Shown here piece by piece: positions 19,001-25,812 of a stretch of 25,812 nucleotides of DNA. The notes beneath the pieces are model-generated. The model saw only the letters and a list, made by a program, of their open reading frames with translations. It was not told the origin of the DNA and ran no database searches. The DNA comes from an archaeon (GTDB lineage Archaea; Undinarchaeota; Undinarchaeia; Undinarchaeales; JBDRKL01): assembly GCA_043814055.1 (NCBI GenBank), contig JBDRKL010000002.1, positions 1-25,812 on the forward strand, given 5' to 3'. Position 1 is the stretch's first letter; every line of letters begins with the position of its first letter. A program made the translations under genes and the position numbers.

Positions 19001-19112
19001 AATAACGCACGACGGCACTGGGTGGAACGGGGACTTCGCCTGCCTTGAGCCCGGCGTTGGATACTTCTTCACGGCAAACCAGAGCTACAACCTGACCTAC
19101 AACTCTACTTAA
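16017..19112 (+). CDS. Secreted papain-family (C1A) cysteine protease with DUF333-like N-terminus, beta-helix stalk and shared C-terminal module
   Basis: Signal peptide ending AYA, then NPAAVYCNELGY (DUF333-like). Catalytic motifs QGSCGSCYAF, NHAIALVGWG and YWILRNSWGSDWGESGY. NosD-like repeats follow. Start 16017 is preferred over 16008 from TATA spacing (15987-15994). Confidence 0.88.
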   Translation: MGRWQICLLLGIVFLFLCSSAYALKNPAAVYCNELGYTYEVASGENGEHGFCAVSDDVKFEAWDFIQGKVGGDYSYCSKLGYATEYELVENETYSMGQAVCVEKMGFGSNEVSEAAEFRVPMLDLMEQNNLSVLVEDMGKASHQESAAMIPAELFGLKEMAKTGIPAGFDWRNKSGHSYIGPIKDQGSCGSCYAFSSAASAEGVYNWANGLYDGSASNFSESFIIWCLARIPAYSAHFYGCDGADYDYMELQALVTNGTTNNSNFPYTESDPGSCTHWGDSVVKFNTWGRIPCSDVDSIKAAIMTYGVIDAAVYVDSNFQAYTGGIYNDSLTSCSSSPCYYTSTNHAIALVGWGYNDTYGDYWILRNSWGSDWGESGYMRIAANAARVACEATYLSYAPLWNSSGNITSTVAVVNQNQALSSNILISSGGTLDMTNSTLNLNGNTIYIQPGGTLLLQNSTLIANNIVSNGSVLIDPSTVWLNGNWTISAGQTNITDGSTVRVNVSTNGTYGIRVQSGGALVVNDSNITNGDTGGARYFFIAESGSNFSMADSHVSYAGWADSIGSRGLEINTTAAEFRNNTLRNGYTGAAFYSNGSTIVNNTVSSNAYGLYVESSLNNYTNNTVLNNTIGFQILGGSSSNVLSWNNLSGNAIGINLSSSPNNSIYNNYFNNTQNALDDNTNFWNASKASGTSIMGGSYIGGNYWSDYAGLDYTGDGLGDTSTPYTASGSIQNGGDYLPLAETSNYPQDLQALLAPDNESVNLSWTPAYNAEGYYIYYNTNASLVLTESNLNSSNVWVNLSGQLNSSYSDSNASHNSSRYYRVASYNGSNLNFSTNTLGKFNISVVAANLSDVKMNLISLPSTLSNYSISNVIRATPSENTVVAFYNASSSPPAYQTAFYFNNSWRGDFTELQPQVGFAVTNTQGFNFTVVGTVPTGQQNVTIYATSSTPGLAEVNTIGWYSAVSECGLNATLNETEMSSGDTVSWYNTTSKDFETITHDGTGWNGDFACLEPGVGYFFTANQSYNLTYNST

Positions 19113-19144
19113 TATTTATATAACGTGTTCTCCTATCAAGTTTC

Positions 19145-22100
19145 ATGAACAAATGGCTCATAGTTTTAACTATATTTATTCTCCTATCAGGGGCTGCCTA
19201 TGCCCAGGGCATGCAACCGGTTATGCTCAAGTCAAGACAGTTCATCCCTGAGCCCGCCGGGCTTGAAAAACTGCAGTCTGAACTCGCCAGCCCTTTCCAA
19301 AAGCACGTGTTCCTGCAGTTCGACCACATGCCCACTAACGAGGAGAAGCAAAAGCTCGCTGAGCAGGGCATTATACTTCACACCTACATTCCGAAGAACA
19401 CCTGGATGGCTACAGTAACTCAGGGGGGGAATCAATTTTTAGCTGCGAGCGCGGAAACTTTCTGGAAGGGCGACATACTTCCCCAGGATAAAGTTAATCC
19501 TGAAATCCTGAGCCGCGGAGTTCCTGCCTGGAGCAGCGTGGGCGGGGGGCTTGCGAAGATCCGAGTATCTTTCTTCCCTGATGTTCCGGAATCAGAGGCA
19601 ATCAGCACAGCATCCTCCTACGGCACTTACGAGCAGGGCTCTTACTTCTGGGGTGAGCTGAAACTGATAATCCCTGAACAGAATATTTTACAGCTCGCAG
19701 GTGAGGACAGCGTTTACTGGGTTGACAGCATAACTCCGCCGAACATTGCGCTGAATGATATGGCGCGAAGCGTAACAGGCGTTGAGCAGGTGCAAACCAC
19801 TCCGTACAGCCTCAACGGGTCAAATGTCACAGTGGCATTGTGGGATGGTGGGCACGCACGTTTAACCCATTGGGATTTTAACGGAAGAATAACTGCAGGA
19901 GACGTAAATGTCAGCAATGACCACTCAACTCACGTTGCAGGAACAATGGCAGGCGACGGCAATGCGAGCAGTGGCACTTACAGGGGCATGGCGCCGAATG
20001 CAACCATTATTACCTATGACTGGCCTGATGACACTGCAGAGCTCATCTCTGAGACAAATGATTCAATTGCAAATGATTCAATTCTTTCTCAAAACTCGTG
20101 GAGCTACAATGTTCACTCTGCCTGCGAGTATCTGGGCAGTTACTTCGGCCTTGCCAAAAACTACGACAGCATCATCTACGGGAACACCTCGCTGACTGAC
20201 GACGTGCTCACAGTTGTTTTCGCAGCAGGGAACGAGCGAGCCACAAGCAGTGATGGTGGGGGCGGTTACTACTGTGGCTACTATGGTCACACTTACAACA
20301 CAACAGCCCCTCCTGGTGGGACTGCAAAGAACACCTTGGTTGTAGGTGCAACTGACGACAACGATGCAATGACTTCTTTCAGCAGCTGGGGTCCTACAGA
20401 CGACGGCAGGATGAAGCCTGATGTAACAGCTCCCGGCTCAGGCATAATTTCAACAAGCAGTATAAGTGATATTGCATACGTTTCAAAGGACGGAACCTCA
20501 ATGGCTTCCCCTGCAGTGTCAGGCATAATTGCCCTGATGCACCAGCGCTGGAGGCAGAACAACGGCGCAGGGACTGACCAGAAGCCGGAGACGAACAAGG
20601 CAATACTCATCCACACTGCGTATGACCTGAACGAAACCGGGCCTGACTTCACAACTGGTTATGGTCGCGTGAACGCAACTCAGGCAATTGACCTGATTGA
20701 CGCGGACAATGTGAGCGATGCGAGAATAATTGAGGGCACAATAGCGGACACAGGCGCAAATCATGGTTTTTACATAAATGTTCCAAGCGGCCGCTCAGAG
20801 CTCAAGATAACGCTCGTGTGGAGTGACTACCCTGGCGCAGAGGCTGCTGACCCCGCGCTCGTGAACGACCTTAACCTTGTGGTGAAGTCACCGAACGGGA
20901 CACGATATTACCCGTGGACCCTTGACAAGGACAACCCTAGCACTCCAGCAGTTCAGAACCAGACAAACACTGTGGACAATGTGGAGCAGGTCTATGTCTC
21001 AAGCCCAGCAGAAGGCATCTGGACTGTGGGGATTGACACCTCAAGCCTTGCACAGGCCCCGCAGAGATACGCAATCGTTGCGAGCGAGAACCTGACCTCG
21101 TGCATTTACCCCGGAGACAGGACAAGTCCTTTCTACCTCAATGAATCTGGAGCATTGTGCCCAGGCAATTATAGCATAAACATATCTGAATACTCCGGCA
21201 ATCCTGCAATCTGGGTTGCGGCGAGCGGCATAACTCTTGACTGCAACGGCTCGGGCATAATCGGGAATAACAAGGATGGCGTTTATGGAATTTTGGTCAA
21301 CTCCAGCTTCTCTGGTGTCACATTGAAGAACTGCATCATCAAGGATTACTATTATAACATATACTTCAACGGCGCGAGCAGCAGCCAGGCAATAAACAAC
21401 ACGCTTTCACTTCACGGCGCAGCAGGCGTGCAGCTGAACAACGCGGATTACATAAACCTCACCAACAACACGGTGTTTGACGGGGATGACGGCTTCGGCG
21501 CCTCAAATTCAAACTACACGATTGCCCTTGGGAACGTGGTCAACAACACCACTTCAGGGAGTGGCAAGGGCTTCAGTTTTACAACAACATATAATTCAAC
21601 TTTCTCAAACAACATTGTCCAGAACGCGGACTACTTCGGATTCACCTTTGCGTCAAGCGGAAACAATACTTTCACCAATAACAATGTGTCCGGAAGCGGC
21701 TATTCCGGCTTCAGCATAACATCTGACAACACCACGGTAAGCCAGTGCAATTCGCACAACAACACGATGAGTGGCTTTTTCTTCTACACAAAAACACCAA
21801 AAACTGCGTACTTCATAGCCACGGACAACAACGCAATTGACAACTCTGACTCCGGCTTCCAGCCGTGGTACATACACAACCTCACGTTCATCAACAATAC
21901 TGCGTATTCAAACAACGAGCACGGTGCCTACTTCCACATAATCAACTTCAGCACAATCTCAAATAATACTTTCAATGGCAACACCTGGATTGGCGCGTAT
22001 TTCAACGCGGTGATGAATACAAGCACGGTAACTGGCAACAATTTCTCAAACAATGGCTGGGCGGGAATAAACGCATCCTCAGCCGGGTTTGTCTCATATG

Positions 22101-23242
22101 ACCTCTACATCTACAACAACTACTTCGCGAACAACACTCCGAACGGCTTCTCTGACAGCGACATGCCTGGCAAATACTGGAACACTACGAAAACCCTGGG
22201 CACGAACATAATCGGCGGAGCTTATCTTGGCGGCAATTACTGGGATGATTACGCTGGTGATGACTCTGACGCGGACGGCATTGGCGACACAAGCACTCCA
22301 TACCAGACTGGTGGTGGGGGGATTTGGGGCAATGACTCGCTCCCTCTCGTGTATCCTGCATCGCTCGCTCCTGCGAGCTTGACCGCAGTGCTGAACACCT
22401 CTGACAATGTCTCAGTTGACCTTAGCTGGAGCTCGGCAGTTGACGCGGACGGTTACTATATATTTTATAACGAATCTGCTTCCTGGATAATCAATGACTC
22501 TAACATAAACGCAACAAACTTCAAAGTGAACCTTTCTGGCGTAAATAATACAACGTGGACTGATGTGAACGCCACCAACTTCTCAGCGCTCTACTACCGC
22601 GTGGCAGGTTATAACGAGATTAACCTGACGCCAAGCGGCGACTCAGTGGGCAAGTTCAACATCAGCATTCTTTACACAAACATCTCTGACTCCACTGCCG
22701 CATACAACCTCATCTCGCTGCCAATCTCGCTGGATAACAATTCCATTTCAAGCATAATCCGCCAGCCTGTTCCTGAGCTCACCACAATCAGCTATTACAA
22801 CACAAGCACAAGCCCGCCGGGCTACCAGACAGCTGTGTATTACAATGGCTCGTGGCGCGGAGATTTCACAGGGCTCCAGACGCGGCTCGGCTACGTGGTG
22901 ACTAACAACAATGACGGCTTCAACTTCACAGTGGTTGGTTCAATCCCAAGCGGGGAGAACTCGCTTGGCATAAGCGCTACTAATAACACGCCTGGGCAGG
23001 CGGAGATAAACCTGATTGGCTGGCACTCGGCGAGTATTAGTGGGACTCTGAACACGATTATGAATTATTCCGAGCTCGGCAGTGGCGCAGAGCTTTATTG
23101 GTATCAGCCAACGTCTCCACCTAATGTGAGTGCAACTTACAACGGCGCATCGTGGAGCGGAGTTCTTAGCACACTTGCTCCGGGTCAGGCTTATTTCCTG
23201 ACCTCAAACCAGAGTTTTAACTGGACGTACAACAGCACATAA
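19145..23242 (+). CDS. Secreted subtilisin-family (S8) serine protease with prodomain, beta-sandwich accessory domain, beta-helix stalk and shared C-terminal module
   Basis: Signal peptide ending AYA. Triad VALWDGG, DHSTHVAGT and GTSMASP, with oxyanion VFAAGNE and DGRMKPDV. Accessory domain LKITLVWSD...LVNDLNL...DNVEQV. NosD-like repeats. Confidence 0.92.
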   Translation: MNKWLIVLTIFILLSGAAYAQGMQPVMLKSRQFIPEPAGLEKLQSELASPFQKHVFLQFDHMPTNEEKQKLAEQGIILHTYIPKNTWMATVTQGGNQFLAASAETFWKGDILPQDKVNPEILSRGVPAWSSVGGGLAKIRVSFFPDVPESEAISTASSYGTYEQGSYFWGELKLIIPEQNILQLAGEDSVYWVDSITPPNIALNDMARSVTGVEQVQTTPYSLNGSNVTVALWDGGHARLTHWDFNGRITAGDVNVSNDHSTHVAGTMAGDGNASSGTYRGMAPNATIITYDWPDDTAELISETNDSIANDSILSQNSWSYNVHSACEYLGSYFGLAKNYDSIIYGNTSLTDDVLTVVFAAGNERATSSDGGGGYYCGYYGHTYNTTAPPGGTAKNTLVVGATDDNDAMTSFSSWGPTDDGRMKPDVTAPGSGIISTSSISDIAYVSKDGTSMASPAVSGIIALMHQRWRQNNGAGTDQKPETNKAILIHTAYDLNETGPDFTTGYGRVNATQAIDLIDADNVSDARIIEGTIADTGANHGFYINVPSGRSELKITLVWSDYPGAEAADPALVNDLNLVVKSPNGTRYYPWTLDKDNPSTPAVQNQTNTVDNVEQVYVSSPAEGIWTVGIDTSSLAQAPQRYAIVASENLTSCIYPGDRTSPFYLNESGALCPGNYSINISEYSGNPAIWVAASGITLDCNGSGIIGNNKDGVYGILVNSSFSGVTLKNCIIKDYYYNIYFNGASSSQAINNTLSLHGAAGVQLNNADYINLTNNTVFDGDDGFGASNSNYTIALGNVVNNTTSGSGKGFSFTTTYNSTFSNNIVQNADYFGFTFASSGNNTFTNNNVSGSGYSGFSITSDNTTVSQCNSHNNTMSGFFFYTKTPKTAYFIATDNNAIDNSDSGFQPWYIHNLTFINNTAYSNNEHGAYFHIINFSTISNNTFNGNTWIGAYFNAVMNTSTVTGNNFSNNGWAGINASSAGFVSYDLYIYNNYFANNTPNGFSDSDMPGKYWNTTKTLGTNIIGGAYLGGNYWDDYAGDDSDADGIGDTSTPYQTGGGGIWGNDSLPLVYPASLAPASLTAVLNTSDNVSVDLSWSSAVDADGYYIFYNESASWIINDSNINATNFKVNLSGVNNTTWTDVNATNFSALYYRVAGYNEINLTPSGDSVGKFNISILYTNISDSTAAYNLISLPISLDNNSISSIIRQPVPELTTISYYNTSTSPPGYQTAVYYNGSWRGDFTGLQTRLGYVVTNNNDGFNFTVVGSIPSGENSLGISATNNTPGQAEINLIGWHSASISGTLNTIMNYSELGSGAELYWYQPTSPPNVSATYNGASWSGVLSTLAPGQAYFLTSNQSFNWTYNST
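22382..22510 (+). repeat. 129-bp block repeated at 25402-25530
   Basis: Encodes TAVLNTSDNVS(V/I)DLSW...YYIFYNESASWI(I/L)NDSNIN; 38/43 aa are identical between genes 3 and 4. Confidence 0.88.
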
Positions 23243-23292
23243 ACAAATATTTAAACCTAGACTTTATTTAATACAAACTGGGGAGTGCATAT

Positions 23293-25812
23293 ATGCGAAA
23301 AGTAATATTGCTGGAAATAATTTTGTTAATTCTATTAGCCACGCTTTCTTCTGTCTCAGCAGCAGACATAAGCGCGTGCCAGAACATAACCTCTCCTGGA
23401 ACTTACACGTTAACCGCGAGCATATTGAATAGCGGCGCGGCGAAGTGTATTGATATCCTTTCGAGCGATGTTTCTATTAACGGTGCTGGTTATACTGTGG
23501 ATGGGGTGGATTCCTGGGAAACTTACGGAGTTTATGTTTCTGATGAGCCTGGAGGGGTTACAAATGTCAATATAAGTAATCTAACTGTAACTGGCTGGGA
23601 GGGTGGCATCTACTATGAGCTCTCTAACGGAAACGTCATAAACAACACAGTCTCATCAAATATATATGTTGGAATAAACTTGCACTCAGCAATTAATTCG
23701 CTAGTTGAAAACAATATCATATATAATGTCTCATATGGTGTGCGTATAGATGGTGCATCCACTCAAAATGTCACGGTCCAGAACAACACGATAACCAATA
23801 TTAGTGCCAGTGGAATTTTTATTACAGATGCTAGCGAGGTTTCACCAGATCACATTTATGAGATTTATATTTATGACAATACGATTATTAACAACACCAG
23901 GGGAATCTACCATAATTATAGCGAATTTGAACTGTACGACCTGGTCATTAAAAGAAATTATTTAGAGGGGAGCACCACTGCCTGTATTGAAACTGAGCGG
24001 TTGTGCACTTACAATATATCTGACAACAATTTAACCAATTGCGGGACATATGGTTTTTATTCAGATGAGCTTAGTAGTGGGGCGTATACTTACTATATTT
24101 ACAATAATCGTATTAATAATTCAACCTATGGGCTTAGGCTTTTGGCGAATGAGTCGTCTGCCAACATATACAACAATTTTTTCAATAATACCAATAACGT
24201 TCTTTTAGCTGGGGTGATAGCGAATTATTGGAACACCACAAAAACTGCTGGCACAAACATAATGGGGGGTCCTTACCTCGGCGGGAATTTCTGGGCGTAT
24301 CCAAATGGCTCCGGCTTCAGCCAAACATGCACGGACTCTGATGATGACGGGATATGCAACTTAACATATACTCTTGCTTCCAGCAACACTGATTATCTCC
24401 CCTTGGCATTTAATAATAGTTCAGTAACATGCATCAACCTCTCAACTGAAACCGGTGGCACGGGTCCATATTATATGAACAACACCACTGCGTTGTGTAC
24501 AGGCACTTACAATGTAAACGTCACAGCGATGGAGGGTGCAATATTTATCAATGCAGTGGGCAACATAACTCTGGACTGCAACGGTTCAAACCTATATGGG
24601 AATAACACTGGTTATGGCGTTTACGTGAACAACTCTGTGAATATTACAGTGCAAAACTGTAACATAAGCTTATACAATGCAGGTGGAATTCTCGCTACTT
24701 ACACGAACGAAAGTAATTTCATAAACAATACAATAGTTTCATCCGGAAGCTCTATTAGTGGCCAGATCTTCTACAGGAACAATATCACCAACAACACTGC
24801 GTATAGCGGTGGCTATGGGGTTGACTTTGGAGGTCAATCATGCGATGACAACATCGTCAGCGGGAACAATTTCTACGACCACAACATGTACGGCATCAAG
24901 CTGTTGGGTGACGACAGGAACCAGTTCATCTCAAATAACATCAGTTCAAACACAGGGGATTCAGGCATTTACATCCAATCATCAGACAATAACACTTTTG
25001 TGAACAATACAATACTCTCAAACTCGGACATTGGCATAGAGTTCGTGGGCTCAGCTTCTTTGGGAAACAATTTCACAGGCAACAACATTTCACTGAATGC
25101 AGTTGGCATAAATATGTCCAGCGTTGCCCTCAACAACACGATATGGAACAATTATTTCAACAACACAATCAATGCGGTTGACTTAGGAAATAATTCTTGG
25201 AACATTACAAAGACTTCGGGCACGAACATAATCAATGGGACATACCTCGGCGGGAACTACTGGAGCGACTACAGCGGGCTGGACACTGATGATGACGGCA
25301 TCGGTAACACGCTTACACCCTACAACTCCTCTGAGGGTATGCTATGGAGCCGTGATTACCTGCCCCTGGCTTATCCGCTTAATCTCACCCCAACTGAATT
25401 AACCGCAGTGCTGAACACCTCGGACAATGTCTCGATTGACCTTAGCTGGGAGTCAGCTGCAGACGTTGACGGGTATTATATATTTTATAACGAATCTGCC
25501 TCCTGGATTTTAAATGACTCAAACATAAACCTCTCAAATGTCAAGGTGAACCTGTCCGGCGTGGACAACACGACCTGGGTCGACATTAACGCGACAAAAT
25601 ACACACAGCTCTATTACCGCATAGCAGGCTATACCGGAGCAGTCTTAAACTTGTCTTCTAATTCAGTTGGCAAGTTCAACTTTACCATTGTTGCTGCGAA
25701 TTTGTCTGATGTTAAGATGAATTTGATTTCTATGCCTTTGCAGATTCAGGATGATAATATTACCAGTTTAATTTTGAGTGCGCCTTCTGCCGGAACAACC
25801 ATTGCGTATTAC
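23293..25812 (+). CDS. Large secreted surface glycoprotein 4 (two beta-helix regions plus start of shared C-terminal module); runs off the window (not in ORF track)
   Basis: Frame 1 from ATG 23293: MRKVILLEIILLILLATLSSVSA-ADISACQNITSPGTYTL..., two GGN(F/Y)W caps, then TAVLNTSDNVSIDLSW...VGKFNFTIVAANLSDVKMNLISMP. GGGAGTG lies upstream of the ATG. Confidence 0.88.
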   Translation, partial: MRKVILLEIILLILLATLSSVSAADISACQNITSPGTYTLTASILNSGAAKCIDILSSDVSINGAGYTVDGVDSWETYGVYVSDEPGGVTNVNISNLTVTGWEGGIYYELSNGNVINNTVSSNIYVGINLHSAINSLVENNIIYNVSYGVRIDGASTQNVTVQNNTITNISASGIFITDASEVSPDHIYEIYIYDNTIINNTRGIYHNYSEFELYDLVIKRNYLEGSTTACIETERLCTYNISDNNLTNCGTYGFYSDELSSGAYTYYIYNNRINNSTYGLRLLANESSANIYNNFFNNTNNVLLAGVIANYWNTTKTAGTNIMGGPYLGGNFWAYPNGSGFSQTCTDSDDDGICNLTYTLASSNTDYLPLAFNNSSVTCINLSTETGGTGPYYMNNTTALCTGTYNVNVTAMEGAIFINAVGNITLDCNGSNLYGNNTGYGVYVNNSVNITVQNCNISLYNAGGILATYTNESNFINNTIVSSGSSISGQIFYRNNITNNTAYSGGYGVDFGGQSCDDNIVSGNNFYDHNMYGIKLLGDDRNQFISNNISSNTGDSGIYIQSSDNNTFVNNTILSNSDIGIEFVGSASLGNNFTGNNISLNAVGINMSSVALNNTIWNNYFNNTINAVDLGNNSWNITKTSGTNIINGTYLGGNYWSDYSGLDTDDDGIGNTLTPYNSSEGMLWSRDYLPLAYPLNLTPTELTAVLNTSDNVSIDLSWESAADVDGYYIFYNESASWILNDSNINLSNVKVNLSGVDNTTWVDINATKYTQLYYRIAGYTGAVLNLSSNSVGKFNFTIVAANLSDVKMNLISMPLQIQDDNITSLILSAPSAGTTIAYY

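Noticed and set aside
13553-25151. Short ORFs inside the large surface genes, including the similar antisense pair 15603-15794 and 18842-19072
   Set aside because: Their similarity just mirrors the sense-strand repeat, and there is no independent coding evidence.
12000-25300. CRISPR or tandem DNA repeats suggested by recurrent AACAACAC motifs
   Set aside because: These are Asn-Asn-Thr codons of beta-helix repeats, with no constant repeat-spacer periodicity.
15262-25812. Diversity-generating retroelement (TR/VR pair) behind the near-identical repeats
   Set aside because: The differences in the 147-bp pair are all synonymous and include non-adenine changes. Both copies lie in-frame in paralogous genes, and there is no reverse transcriptase in the window.

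Overview
Archaeal chromosomal window. gatD/gatE and rpl40e are present, and most genes have a TATA box about 25-30 nt upstream of an apparently leaderless ATG. The gene content looks DPANN-like, which is an inference. The left 11.4 kb is mostly housekeeping: gatD (3' end), gatE, a SerA-like dehydrogenase with a class-V aminotransferase, a 57-aa membrane ORF, a CPBP intramembrane protease, a transglutaminase-like protein, TatD, an orphan Ras-superfamily GTPase with Rho/ROC-like G boxes, an HTH + S-layer-like-domain regulator, glmS and rpl40e. The right 14.3 kb is a tandem array of at least four large secreted, Asn-rich beta-helix proteins. They carry different N-terminal payloads (none obvious, a papain C1A protease, a subtilisin S8 protease) and share a ~290-aa C-terminal module whose sub-blocks are shuffled between genes. 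The three most notable items are this modular surface-protein array, the eukaryote-like GTPase, and a hairpin-rich 122-nt leader in front of glmS that is bracketed by a duplicated glmS start and encodes an MCGISG... upstream ORF. I found no tRNA, rRNA, CRISPR array, transposase or reverse transcriptase.
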